A stretch of 64,000 bases of DNA from Gemmatimonadales bacterium (GCA_036556505.1 DATBJH010000125.1:4003-68002), one strand, 5' to 3'; counted from the stretch's first letter, positions 19,401 to 28,294 are shown. Made by a program: numbers and translations. Notes: generated by a model not told the origin, from the letters alone.

Positions 19401-19911
19401 GAGCTTCTCCGTCTCCGGAAACACCTTTCGCAGCCTCGGGGCCCTCTTCGGACTGGGGAAACCGCCGGATCAGGCCGCACGGGAACGGGACCAGGAGATT
19501 CCGCGGTACGTCGCCGAGTCGGGCCGGCGCACCCGTCCCGGCTCGTTCTACAGCACCAACCAGGCCCCCATCCGCGGGGGCGGGCGCGCGTTCTCCGCCA
19601 GCTTCCAATACTCGCTCACTCGCGACCGACCGATTCCGGACCGAGTCCAGCAAGACGACCAGAACCTGAACATCACCGCCAATTTCTCGCCCACGCCGTT
19701 CTGGGGGCTGACCTGGTCCACCCAGTACAGCATCACCGAAGGCAGCTTCGAGTCGCAGGTCCTCCGCCTGGAGCGCGATCTGCATGAGTGGCGCGCGGGC
19801 TTCAACTTCGTGCGCAATCCGAACGGGACCTTCGCGATCTATTTCTCGATCTACCTGACCGATCTGCCGGACCTGAAGTTCGACTACGATCAGACGACCT
19901 TCGAGGAATAG
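16405..19911 (+). CDS. tatC: TatC-LptD fusion: TatC (aa 1 to ~245), internal signal peptide, LPS-assembly protein LptD-like
   Basis: EMPFLDHLEELR, WAFLAPALYERE, FELP, LYE TatC motifs; then RRRRK-EAAMAALALFALGLS-ATPAPA/QE; LptD-type ITSCDLPSPHYHF, PVLWLPF, SGILIP, GYYWAPNDY, RDLHEW; no stop codon between the parts. Confidence 0.88.
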   Translation: MTGSAGEMPFLDHLEELRLRILRSLAAVVVGFAVGLWAVERFQLVNVLKAPIAKYLPAGKLIVTSPTEPLMIVLKLGFVVGLVLASPIILWQLWAFLAPALYEREKKALVPSLFIGLFLFLTGATLAYLLVVPQALRVLFSFQSEAIAPFITYDAWFGFVLQVVLALGISFELPLVMVILSWLGVIGPGELHRFRRYAIVGSFLAGAVLSPGADLLSMIMMTVPLLFLYEVGVAGSALVHRRRRKEAAMAALALFALGLSATPAPAQEPVRPGRPTADSLRAAEAGLEDEGDLEGRPGQSLDSATARRLGLPTSPSRSFAQPDSVVNALMNRRGYRPTRYRADSATVFVERQEVQLQGEALTERQGALLEADSITYRRNSCLLAASGDPHLFDQGQVLVGEGISYDVCRRRGMIRDALTNFNEGSTVWFLRGNVAQDSSSSRIYAGSSDITSCDLPSPHYHFSSRQMKWISRSVMVARPVTLYVRDVPVLWLPFIFQDMRPGRHSGILIPQFGINDLVRPTPGYNRQVANLGYYWAPNDYLDFTARLDWFANRYVQYGVTGQYRLLNRFLAGTLGFNEQRESDGGSGFAVRWDHRQQFNLSTSLNVDFNYASNTNVVRDNAIDPLQNTQQITSSVNFSKRYGWGTVTLGGNRRQDINDGGVQQLLPAVTVSPAPLAVASDITWSPGLSFTNNTTSNPDADSLFQVLPGGVIDTIPLDEDQRVTALNFDTPLRIGSFNWQNSIQATDQTSTGLETETLRIDDPASDDPADSITVRRTFSSDFESTLDWNTGINLPILFRGSWKLQPSLGISNTTSGAFMVRNRNTNGDWVHQGKRFRIGVSSAPTLFGFYPGIGPLQRIRHSFSPVITYSYEPSADVPEEYARAIAQPGQIPQLRSLARQALTVGLSQTFEGKRKPEGLDTSSANAPKLRLLSISTSPMTYDFEQAKQPGRTGWATQSLTNTFLSDMLPGFSLTLSHDLWRGVVGQDSSDFDPFLQRVDASFSVSGNTFRSLGALFGLGKPPDQAARERDQEIPRYVAESGRRTRPGSFYSTNQAPIRGGGRAFSASFQYSLTRDRPIPDRVQQDDQNLNITANFSPTPFWGLTWSTQYSITEGSFESQVLRLERDLHEWRAGFNFVRNPNGTFAIYFSIYLTDLPDLKFDYDQTTFEE

Positions 19912-19931
19912 GGTGTCCTATTGGGGGGACA

Positions 19932-20055
19932 GGCGGTCGGGCGGTCAGCCGGTCAGGCGGTCGACTGCTCCTGACGCCCGAAGGCTCGCCCCAGCTTGTC
20001 TACGATCAGGTCGACTGACCACCCGACCGGCTGACCGCCCGACCGCCCGACCGCC
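19932..20055. repeat. Inverted octamer tandem arrays (GGCGGTCR)x4 ... (YGACCGCC)x5 around a 52-nt spacer
   Basis: Read directly: 19932-19963 and 20016-20055 are mutually complementary degenerate arrays. Confidence 0.9.
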
Positions 20056-20070
20056 TGGCACATCTTCTGC
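20056..20070 (+). promoter_or_regulatory. Putative sigma54 promoter for lipoprotein-hutH
   Basis: TGGCACA-TCTT-CTGC, GG-N10-GC spacing, 33 nt upstream of ATG20104. Confidence 0.55.
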
Positions 20071-20103
20071 CATCTCTCCACGCATCCCTCACGGAGCCAA
20101 GTC

Positions 20104-20970
20104 ATGCGCCATTGGTGGATCCCAGCGCTGGTCCTGCTCGCGGCCTGCGGCGACGACGATGATGGCCCCGCCGGACCCGGTATCACCCCCGAGGCGCCGG
20201 CCACCCTGTCGAGCACCTCGCTCGATGGCGCCATCGCCCTGGTCTGGTCCGACAACCCGTTTCAGAACGATCCCGATATCTTCGCCAACTACCGCGTGTA
20301 CAGCGCGTCCTTCAACATCGACACCGGAGACTGCGGGGACGACTTCGCGCTGGAGGGCACCACGGTAGCCCCCGAGTTTCTGGCTGCCGCGCTGGCCAAC
20401 GGCGTGCCCCGCTGCTTCACGGTGACGGCGATGAGCGTGGACGGGCTGGAGAGTCCCCAATCGCCCCTGCGCGGCGATACGCCGCGGTTCGATTCGCGGA
20501 ACATCGCGCTCGCGGCGGCCCCGGTGACCGCGAACAACTCCGGTTTCCGCTTCTGGGACGACCTCAACAGCAACGGCTCGGTGGAGCTCGACGAGCTGGG
20601 CCTGGTGCGCAATGCCGGCTCGCCGGACATTGATTTCTTCGTGGATCGCGACGGCAACGGCGACCTCTTCCTGACCCCGGTGCGGGAGGGGACCGGCGTC
20701 GAGTACTACGACGAAGTGGACCCGGTCCAGGACCTCACCAGCATCGACTTCGCCCCCGACTTCAGCGGCTCGGGCGGGTATCGCACCTCCGCGATTCAGG
20801 CACTGCCGGGATTCGGCTACGTGTTCGAGATGGACGGCGGTGACGGCTTCCCCCGCTACGGCGCCGTGCGGGTGCAGCACGTAGGCACTACCTTCCTGAT
20901 CCTCGACTGGGCGTACCAGCCCGATCCCGGGAATCCCGAGCTGCTCGTGAGGCCGCCATCGCCCAAATGA
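20104..20970 (+). CDS. Hypothetical acidic lipoprotein
   Basis: LAAC lipobox, Asp-rich, DxNxNG motif (DLNSNGSVELDE). Confidence 0.8.
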   Translation: MRHWWIPALVLLAACGDDDDGPAGPGITPEAPATLSSTSLDGAIALVWSDNPFQNDPDIFANYRVYSASFNIDTGDCGDDFALEGTTVAPEFLAAALANGVPRCFTVTAMSVDGLESPQSPLRGDTPRFDSRNIALAAAPVTANNSGFRFWDDLNSNGSVELDELGLVRNAGSPDIDFFVDRDGNGDLFLTPVREGTGVEYYDEVDPVQDLTSIDFAPDFSGSGGYRTSAIQALPGFGYVFEMDGGDGFPRYGAVRVQHVGTTFLILDWAYQPDPGNPELLVRPPSPK

Positions 20971-22493
20971 CGCCCGCGCCGGTCACGCTCGACGGCCGCT
21001 CACTCGCGATCGGCGAGGTGGTCCGCATCGCCCGCGAGCCGGAGGCCCGGGCCCGAATCGATCCGACGGCTCGCGACGCCCTGGTCGCGAGCCGTCGTCT
21101 CGTCGAGCAGGCCATCGCCTCGGGGCAGACGATCTACGGCATCAACACCGGATTCGGCAAGCTCGCCAACGTCCGCATTCCGCCCGACAGCCTGGACGCA
21201 CTCCAGGTCAACCTGATCCGGAGCCACGCCGCCGGGGTCGGCGGGCCGCTGCCCGCCGGTGTGGTCCGCGCGGTGATGCTGCTCCGGGCCAACGTCCTCC
21301 TGCGGCCCACCAGCGGCGTGCGGCCGGAGCTGGTCGAGGCGCTGGTGGCGATGCTCGAGACGGGGATCGTCCCGGTGGTTCCGGAGCAGGGCAGCGTGGG
21401 CGCAAGCGGGGACCTCGCGCCGCTGAGCCACATCGCGCTCGCGCTCATGGGTGAGGGCGACGTGCTCGGTCCGAGCGGCCCCGAGCCGGCGGCGGGCGCG
21501 TTGCGGCGCGCTGGCCTCCAGCCCTTCCGCTTCGCGCCCAAGGAGGGGCTGGCCTTCATCAACGGCACCCAGGCGCAGACCGCGCTGCTCGCGCTCCTGG
21601 TGCACGATGCCGAGGTGCTGTGGCGGACGGCGGTGGGGGCGGCGGCAATGAGCCTGGAGGCGCTGCGGGGCACGCCCGCTCCTCTCGACCCGAGAATCCA
21701 CGAGGCCCGGCCGCACCGCGGACAGCTCGAGGCCGCCGAGCTGATGCGCGGCCTCCTGGCCGACAGCGAGATCCGCGAGTCGCACCGGGAGAACGATCCC
21801 CGGGTGCAGGACGCCTACTCGCTCCGCTGCGCCCCCCAGGTGCTCGGCGCCGTGGCGGATGCGATCCGCTTTGCCCGGGAGACGGTGACGGTGGAGCTCA
21901 ACGCCTCGACCGACAACCCGCTGGTCTTTCCCGAGGGCGACGTGATCTCCGGCGGGAATTTCCACGGGCAGCCGGTGGCGCAGGCGCTCGACTTCCTCGC
22001 CACCGCCCTGACGACGCTTCAGGCCATCGCCGAGCGGCGGGTGGAGCGGCTGGTGAATCCCGATCTGTCCCAGGGGCTCCCCGCCTTTCTCACGGCGGAT
22101 CCCGGTCTCTCCTCCGGCTTCATGATGGTCCAGATCTCCGCCGCCTCGCTGGTGGCAGAGTCACGCGCGCTGGCGATGCCGGCCAGCATCGGCTCGATCC
22201 CCACCGACGCCAACCAGGAGGACTTCGTCCCCATGGGGATGGCGGCGGCGTGGAAGGCGCAGCGGATCCTGGCCAACGCCCAGCGGGTGGTCGCCGCGGA
22301 ACTGCTGTGCGCGGCCCAGGGGCTGGAGTTTCTCCGGCCGCTCCGACCGGGCCGTGGGGTCGACATGCTGCACCAGCGGCTCCGCGCCCTGGCGCCGCCG
22401 GTGTTGCCGCTGGAGGCCGACCGGCCGCCCGCCCCGGACCTGGAGCGCCTGGCGCTCGCGATTGTCGCGGGGGAGCTCGATCCGGGCGCCTGA
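20967..22493 (+). CDS. hutH: Histidine ammonia-lyase
   Basis: YGINTGFG, NLIRSHAAGVG, MIO motif GSVGASGDLAPL, QDAYSLRC, SGGNFHG, NQED. Confidence 0.95.
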   Translation: MTPAPVTLDGRSLAIGEVVRIAREPEARARIDPTARDALVASRRLVEQAIASGQTIYGINTGFGKLANVRIPPDSLDALQVNLIRSHAAGVGGPLPAGVVRAVMLLRANVLLRPTSGVRPELVEALVAMLETGIVPVVPEQGSVGASGDLAPLSHIALALMGEGDVLGPSGPEPAAGALRRAGLQPFRFAPKEGLAFINGTQAQTALLALLVHDAEVLWRTAVGAAAMSLEALRGTPAPLDPRIHEARPHRGQLEAAELMRGLLADSEIRESHRENDPRVQDAYSLRCAPQVLGAVADAIRFARETVTVELNASTDNPLVFPEGDVISGGNFHGQPVAQALDFLATALTTLQAIAERRVERLVNPDLSQGLPAFLTADPGLSSGFMMVQISAASLVAESRALAMPASIGSIPTDANQEDFVPMGMAAAWKAQRILANAQRVVAAELLCAAQGLEFLRPLRPGRGVDMLHQRLRALAPPVLPLEADRPPAPDLERLALAIVAGELDPGA

Positions 22494-22591
22494 CGGCCGG
22501 CGTCGGATTCTTGCCCCGCTCGCACCGGTCCCGGTATCTTTCGACCGCTAAATCCCTTATGCCCTGAGTCTCCCTCTGCCGCCCGAGTCGC

Positions 22592-24796
22592 ATGAACCTC
22601 GAAAAGCTCAAGGACACGGCGCGCAAGTTCGAGCAGAAGGAGGATTGGCGCCGGGCCATCGAGGTCTATCTCAAGGCCATCCAGCAGATCGAGTCGGGGC
22701 AGGAGACCTCCCCCGACCTTTCCCTCTATAACCGGGTCGGCGACCTCTATCTCAAGACCAACGACATCGCAGCCGCGGTGAGGTCCTACGAGCGGGCGGT
22801 CGATCTCTATGCCGACCAGGGCTTCTTCAACAACGCCATTGCGCTCTGCGGCAAGATCCTGCGGGTGAATCCCGGGCGCACTCAGACCTATCTCAAGCTG
22901 GCCCAGCTTCATGCCCGGAAGAACGTGGTCATCGAGGCCAAGCGGAACCTGATCGAGTTCCTGGAGCGAATGAACGCGCTGGGCCAGCTCGACCAGGCGT
23001 TCACCTCGGTCAAGGAGTTCGCCGACCAGTTCTCGGGCAGCCAGGAGATCAGGCTGATGCTGGTCGAGCTGCTGCGAGCGTCCTCCCGCGAGGAGGAGGC
23101 CCGCGAGCAGCTGGAGAAGCTGGCGGGCGAGATCGAGGGCCGCGGCTTGGAGCGGCCCGACCCGCGTTCGTCGCAGGACCGACCGGAGACCCACGCCGCT
23201 GACGAGCCGCCGAAGCCCGTGCGGAGGGCGTCGGCCGGCCTCGTGTTCCTCGACACCGGCTTCGAGCTGGTGACACCGCCCGTGCCGGCCGACGTCGCGC
23301 CACCCGAGGGCCTGCTGACCTCCGAGCCGATCAGCCCGGAGGAGGCGGCGGCCGTGGAGCAGCGCGCCGAGGTCGTGCCCGGGCTGGAGCAGACAGCCGA
23401 TCTGGATCTCGAGGCCTCGGGCGTGGAGCCGGATCCCGGCCTGGAGCGGGTCGAGCCCACCGACCTGGAGTTCATCGCCGACCCAACCGAGGGAATGGTC
23501 GAGGCCACCGCCGAGGCGAGCGACGACACGCTGATGGACGTGCCGGACGATCTGATCATCTCGCCGCCGGGCGAGTCCCTCGAGGTCGCAGGTGACGGGG
23601 ACGAAGTGGACCTGGGTCTCATGGAGCCGGCACTGGACGACGATGCGGCCGTCGCCGATCCATCGGCTTCGGCGGGGGAGCTCCCGCTGCTTCCGGTGGA
23701 GCCGGCCGGAGCGCCGAGCGTCGTCGAGCTGGAGAGTCTCATCCTCGAGGATCCGGACAACCCGGAGCTTCACCTCCAGCTCGCCGAACGGCTCCTGGAG
23801 GGCGGTGAGCAGACCCGTGGGCTCGAGGAGCTGGAGCTGGCGGTGGACGGCTTCGAGCGGTTGGGCGAGTGGGGTCGGGCCACCGAGACGGCGGAGCGTC
23901 TGGTGGCCCAGGCCCCGGATGCCATCCGGCACCACCAGAAGCGAGTGGAGCTGGCCTTCCGTTCCGGCGACCGCGCTCCGCTGATCGCCGCGTATCTCGC
24001 CCTGGGCGATGTTCTGGCGCGCATGGGTGCCACGGACAAGGCGATGGCGGTGTACGGGCGGGTGCGGGAACACGACCCGGAGAACGCCCATGCGATGGGC
24101 GCACTCGCCCGGCTTCAGGAAGCGCCGTCGGCGCAGGCACCGGCCACGCCGAGCGCTCCGGCCGCCCCCGCCGGACCCGCGCGGCCGGCGGCAGAGACCC
24201 GTACGGCCCCCGCGCCGGCACCGTCACCGAAGCAGGACCCTCGTGCGGCCGCGAGCGCCGGTGCCTTCGTGGATCTCGGCTCCATGATCCTCGACGAGAG
24301 CGCCGCCCGGGACACCCGCATGCGCATCGACCGCGCGGACCCGAAGGGCCAGGACGAGCAGAAGGAGTTCCAGGAGATCCTGGAGCAGTTCAAGCGGGGC
24401 ATCGAGCAGAACCTCGACTCGGAAGACTACCAGGCCCACTACGATCTCGGCATCGCGTTCAAGGAGATGGGTCTGCTCGACGAGGCCATCGCGGAGTTCC
24501 AGAAGGCGCTCCGCTCGCCGGAGGGCCGGCTTCGCACCTCCGAAGCGCTCGGCATCTGCTTCTACGACAAGGGCCAGTTCGCGATCTCGGAAACCGTGCT
24601 GCGCCGCGCCGTGGATACCGTCGAGGGCGGGGACGACGCCAAGATCGGTCTGCTGTACTGGCTGGGCCGCGCGGCCGAAGCCCAGGGCAAGGAGCCCGAG
24701 GCCATCGCCAGCTACGAGCGGGCCCTCGCGGTGGACATCCGCTTCATGGACCTGAGCGATCGCATGCACCGGCTCGCCGCGGACCGGCGCGAGTGA
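22592..24796 (+). CDS. Large TPR protein with acidic low-complexity linker
   Basis: N-terminal TPRs, Glu/Asp/Pro-rich middle, C-terminal HYDLGIAFKEMGLLDEAIAEFQKA TPRs. Confidence 0.85.
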   Translation: MNLEKLKDTARKFEQKEDWRRAIEVYLKAIQQIESGQETSPDLSLYNRVGDLYLKTNDIAAAVRSYERAVDLYADQGFFNNAIALCGKILRVNPGRTQTYLKLAQLHARKNVVIEAKRNLIEFLERMNALGQLDQAFTSVKEFADQFSGSQEIRLMLVELLRASSREEEAREQLEKLAGEIEGRGLERPDPRSSQDRPETHAADEPPKPVRRASAGLVFLDTGFELVTPPVPADVAPPEGLLTSEPISPEEAAAVEQRAEVVPGLEQTADLDLEASGVEPDPGLERVEPTDLEFIADPTEGMVEATAEASDDTLMDVPDDLIISPPGESLEVAGDGDEVDLGLMEPALDDDAAVADPSASAGELPLLPVEPAGAPSVVELESLILEDPDNPELHLQLAERLLEGGEQTRGLEELELAVDGFERLGEWGRATETAERLVAQAPDAIRHHQKRVELAFRSGDRAPLIAAYLALGDVLARMGATDKAMAVYGRVREHDPENAHAMGALARLQEAPSAQAPATPSAPAAPAGPARPAAETRTAPAPAPSPKQDPRAAASAGAFVDLGSMILDESAARDTRMRIDRADPKGQDEQKEFQEILEQFKRGIEQNLDSEDYQAHYDLGIAFKEMGLLDEAIAEFQKALRSPEGRLRTSEALGICFYDKGQFAISETVLRRAVDTVEGGDDAKIGLLYWLGRAAEAQGKEPEAIASYERALAVDIRFMDLSDRMHRLAADRRE

Positions 24797-25782
24797 CCCC
24801 CCGGACCGCTCCGGTCTCGCTGGCGGACATTCAGCGTCCGCTGCGCGCCCGTCTGGAAAGGGTGCAGCAGGAGCTGCGCCGGGTGGTGGAGGCCGACTTC
24901 GGCCTCATTACCGAGGTCAACGCCCACCTCTTCCGGATGCAGGGGAAGCTGTTCCGTCCCACCCTCCTGCTCCTCGCCGACGAGGCCACGGGTGGGCCCG
25001 ACCCGCGCGCGACCACCCTGGCGGCGGTGGTGGAGCTGATCCACCTCGCCACGCTGGTGCACGACGACTCGGTAGACCACTCGGTGCTGCGCCGGGGAAT
25101 GCCCACCATCAACGCCCTCTTCAGTCACCAGATCTCGGTGATCATGGGCGACTATCTCTATTCTCGCGCCGTGATCGAGCTGGTCGGCCTGGGCGACCTG
25201 GAGCCGCTCCGGGTGCTGAGTCGGGTCACCAACGAGATGACGGTAGGCGAGATGCGGCAGCTGCTGGCCCACGATCCGCTGCAGTACTCGGAAGAAGACT
25301 ACGACCTGCTGATCCAGTCCAAGACCGCCTCGCTGGTCTCGGGCGCGTGCGAGGTCGGCGCGCTCGGGGCGGGGCCCGAGGAGCGGCTGGCCCTGCGGAG
25401 GTTCGGCGAGGCGCTGGGGATGGCGTTCCAGATCGTGGACGACCTGCTCGACTACGTGGGCGATCCCAGTGTCACCGGGAAACCCACCGGCTCGGATCTC
25501 CGCGAGCACAAGGTCACCCTCCCGCTCATCTCGGCGCTGCCGAAGATGGGCGACGCCGACCGGCGCCGGGTGGCGGACCTCCTGCTGACGCCCGAGCCCA
25601 CGGATGGGCAGATCCACGCGGTGGTGGAGGCGGTCGCGGAGGCGGGGGGACTGGACTACGCGCGAGAGCGGGCGCTGCGGCAGGCGGAGCTGGCGGACCA
25701 GGAGCTGGACCGGCTGCCGGCCTCGCCCGCCCTCGACGCGCTACGGGCCAGCATCGCGTACGTCGTGGACCGCAGGCGCTGA
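24793..25782 (+). CDS. Polyprenyl diphosphate synthase (IspB-like)
   Basis: GKLFRP, LVHDDSVD...RRG, AFQIVDDLLD, GSDLREHKVTLP. Confidence 0.92.
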   Translation: MTPRTAPVSLADIQRPLRARLERVQQELRRVVEADFGLITEVNAHLFRMQGKLFRPTLLLLADEATGGPDPRATTLAAVVELIHLATLVHDDSVDHSVLRRGMPTINALFSHQISVIMGDYLYSRAVIELVGLGDLEPLRVLSRVTNEMTVGEMRQLLAHDPLQYSEEDYDLLIQSKTASLVSGACEVGALGAGPEERLALRRFGEALGMAFQIVDDLLDYVGDPSVTGKPTGSDLREHKVTLPLISALPKMGDADRRRVADLLLTPEPTDGQIHAVVEAVAEAGGLDYARERALRQAELADQELDRLPASPALDALRASIAYVVDRRR

Positions 25783-26054
25783 TGGCGAGCGGACCACACC
25801 GGCCCGGCTTCTATCTCGGGGTCCTCATCGCCGGCTTCATCACCGGCGGGGCATTGACCGCGCTGCTGCGCCAGACGATGCCCGAGAGCGCGGCCCGCAC
25901 TTTCTTCACCACGACCTGGGACGCCCAGTTCGGCCCTGTCTCGGCCGACCTCCTGGTGATAAGCTTCACGTTGGGCCCCATCGCCCTGCACGTGTCGCTG
26001 CTCAGCCTGATCGCCGTGGTCGTGGCCTATCTGATCGCGCGGTCGCTTTTCTAG
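25782..26054 (+). CDS. Small membrane protein (DUF4321-like)
   Basis: Two hydrophobic segments, DLLVISFTLG; TGATG coupling to the upstream gene. Confidence 0.65.
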   Translation: MASGPHRPGFYLGVLIAGFITGGALTALLRQTMPESAARTFFTTTWDAQFGPVSADLLVISFTLGPIALHVSLLSLIAVVVAYLIARSLF

Positions 26055-26063
26055 GGGGTTCCC

Positions 26064-26315
26064 GTGGGCAACCTCGGCTTCACCGAGATCCTGGTCATCG
26101 TGCTAGTGGTCCTGCTGCTGTTCGGCGCCAAGCGGCTGCCGGAGGTGGGCGCGTCGATCGGGAAGGGTATCCGTGAGTTCAAGCGGAGCCTTTCCGACAC
26201 CCAGGAGGCGATCATGGGGAACGAAGAGTCTCGTCCGCTGCCGCCCCGCCAGCCGGAAGACCCGGTCCAGGGGACCAAGTCCTCCGGCGAGCCGAAGCGG
26301 CTCTCACAGCAGTAG
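26064..26315 (+). CDS. tatA: Twin-arginine translocase TatA/TatE
   Basis: EILVIVLVVLLLFGAKRLPEVGASIGKGIREFK. Confidence 0.96.
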   Translation: MGNLGFTEILVIVLVVLLLFGAKRLPEVGASIGKGIREFKRSLSDTQEAIMGNEESRPLPPRQPEDPVQGTKSSGEPKRLSQQ

Positions 26316-26325
26316 CGCCGGTCAA

Positions 26326-26341
26326 TGACCCCGCGGGGTCA
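26326..26341. terminator. Perfect 16-bp palindrome between convergent genes
   Basis: TGACCCCGCGGGGTCA; includes the stop codon of the minus-strand gene. Confidence 0.5.
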
Positions 26342-28168
26342 GGTGACCGGCGGCTGCCGGGTCTCCGCGGCCTCCTCCTGCTGCTGGCGGAGCTTGGCCC
26401 GGTTGTCCACGATCTTGGCGGACTGCCGGAGCGCGGCCATGTAGCCGCGGACCCGCGCCTGGCGGGCGAGGTCGATCATCTTGGTGCGGTACTCGTCCAG
26501 CTCCTTCACGAACTTCGCTGAATCCGCGGGCACCTTCTCCAGCGACTCCATCACGTACAGCCCGTCGGGCGTGTCCAGCAGGCCGCTGCGCTGACCCTTC
26601 TCCAGACCGAACGCGGTGCCCACCACCATGGGATCGGTGAGCGGCGGGTTTACCCGGGTGAACGGACCGAACTCCCGGTGCGGCAGATTCATCGCCTTGG
26701 CCGCCTCGGCCATGGACTCGCCCTTCTCCAGCCGCTTCATGTACTCCTCGGCCTTGGGCTTGGCGAGCGCCTTCTTCTTGTCGCTGCGGAGCGCGTACTC
26801 CACCGCCGGGCGGACCTGGGCCAGGGGCGGCACTCCCGCCGCCTGCATGCTGTCGAGGCGGAAGATGTAGAAGGCGAACGAGGTCTCGATCACCGGGCTG
26901 GTGGCCCCCGGCTTGGAACCGCCGAAAGCCCAGGCGCCGGCGTCGGGGACCACCAGGTTGCCGACCTGCACCCGGGTCCCCTCCTGAACACCGCCGGTCC
27001 GCCCGATGGGGAGCGAAAGCGCCTTCGAGACCGTGTCCAATGCGGCGGGGTCGCCCCGCTCGGCGCCGAGACGCTCCAGCGAGTCGGCTTCGGCGTCGAG
27101 GTGGTCCCGGTGCTCGCCGGCGACCTCGATCGGGATCAGGATGTGACGGCCCTTGGCCTTGTTCCCCTTGCGGCTGGTGATCTCGATGATGTGGAACCCG
27201 AACTGGGAGAGCACCGGCTCCGACACCTTCTTGAGGGGCATGGCGAATGCGGCCGAGTCGAAGGCCGGGTCCATGCTGCCCTTGGTCCACTCGCCCAGGT
27301 CACCGCCCGCCGCGGCCGAGACGCTGTCGGAGGACTCGCGCCGCGCAACGTCGGCGAACGGCTCGCCACCCAGGACCGCGGCGCGCGCCGAATCGGCCCG
27401 GGCCTTCGCGAACGCCGTATCGGACGCGTTGGTGAGCCGGGGCAGGGCCACGAAGCTGAGGAACGCGGTTCGCGCCCGCTTGAAGTCGTCCTGGTGCGCG
27501 CGGTAGTACGCCGTGACCTCCTGGTCGGTCAGCTTGACGCTGGAGTCGGGGACGGCGTTGCGCGGGATGATGGCGGTGAGCCCGACCTTGACCTGCTCGT
27601 GCTCGTCCCGGTACTGCTCCCAGAGCGCGGCGTCGGACAGGTAGATGTCGGCCGCCACCACCCGGAGGAGCTTGGAGCGGCGCAGCTGGTCGCGGTACTG
27701 CGCTTCCAGGGCCGGCAGGTACTGCGCTCCCACGCTGGAGGTGAGCCAGCGCTGATACTTGTTGATGTCGAACTGGCTGTCGGTCTGGAACTCGGGCACG
27801 TCGCGGAAATCCGCCGGAGGTGAGTTGCGGATCGCCTGGACCACCTCGTCCGTGGTGACGGTGATGTTCCGCCGCGCGAACTCGGTCTCCAGCACCCGGT
27901 TCTCGATCAGCTGCTCCCAGACCTGGTCCTCGATCTGGTTGCGCTCCTCCAGCGTGAGAGAGGCGGGCATGTCGCGCTGGCGACTGTCGATGCTCTGCTG
28001 CACGAAGCCCTGGTAGGTTCGGGCGTCGATGCTCTCGCCATTGATCTTGCCGACGTTCGTGCTCCTGCCCAGACCGGACCAGTCCACGCTGGTCAGGACA
28101 AAGCCCAGCATGAGTAGAACGAAGACTGCGCCCGCCACCTTCGCGCTATTGCGGAATGCTTGCATCAT
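26339..28168 (-). CDS. PpiD/SurA-type periplasmic chaperone (SurA_N + parvulin)
   Basis: MMQAFRNSAK plus TM anchor, GGDLGEW, FDSAAF, PVLSQFGFHII, RHILI. Confidence 0.88.
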   Translation of the reverse strand: MMQAFRNSAKVAGAVFVLLMLGFVLTSVDWSGLGRSTNVGKINGESIDARTYQGFVQQSIDSRQRDMPASLTLEERNQIEDQVWEQLIENRVLETEFARRNITVTTDEVVQAIRNSPPADFRDVPEFQTDSQFDINKYQRWLTSSVGAQYLPALEAQYRDQLRRSKLLRVVAADIYLSDAALWEQYRDEHEQVKVGLTAIIPRNAVPDSSVKLTDQEVTAYYRAHQDDFKRARTAFLSFVALPRLTNASDTAFAKARADSARAAVLGGEPFADVARRESSDSVSAAAGGDLGEWTKGSMDPAFDSAAFAMPLKKVSEPVLSQFGFHIIEITSRKGNKAKGRHILIPIEVAGEHRDHLDAEADSLERLGAERGDPAALDTVSKALSLPIGRTGGVQEGTRVQVGNLVVPDAGAWAFGGSKPGATSPVIETSFAFYIFRLDSMQAAGVPPLAQVRPAVEYALRSDKKKALAKPKAEEYMKRLEKGESMAEAAKAMNLPHREFGPFTRVNPPLTDPMVVGTAFGLEKGQRSGLLDTPDGLYVMESLEKVPADSAKFVKELDEYRTKMIDLARQARVRGYMAALRQSAKIVDNRAKLRQQQEEAAETRQPPVT

Positions 28169-28264
28169 AGGAGGTTGCTCGTGGCTCCGGACCGGTGTGG
28201 GAACAAGGGCGTGAAGTCTAAGTCCTGGAGCACCGAACCTCAAGGCGCTACGGGGCTTACCCAG

Positions 28265-28294
28265 TTGACAGCGGGGGGGTCGGCTCGCTACTGT
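28265..28294 (+). promoter_or_regulatory. Sigma70-type promoter for the TPR-aroQ operon
   Basis: TTGACA-18 nt-TACTGT. Confidence 0.65.

Noticed and set aside
17302..19785. Long antisense ORFs (827 aa here; also 22019-24091, 36078-37736, 43218-45248)
   Set aside because: Shadow frames of well-supported GC-rich genes, with no recognisable motifs.
20104..20970. Lipoprotein after lptD as LptE
   Set aside because: At 288 aa it is longer than typical LptE, shows no resemblance I can recognise, and appears to have its own promoter.
28273..28279. G7 tract in a promoter spacer as a phase-variation switch
   Set aside because: Seven G's is short and expected by chance at this GC content.
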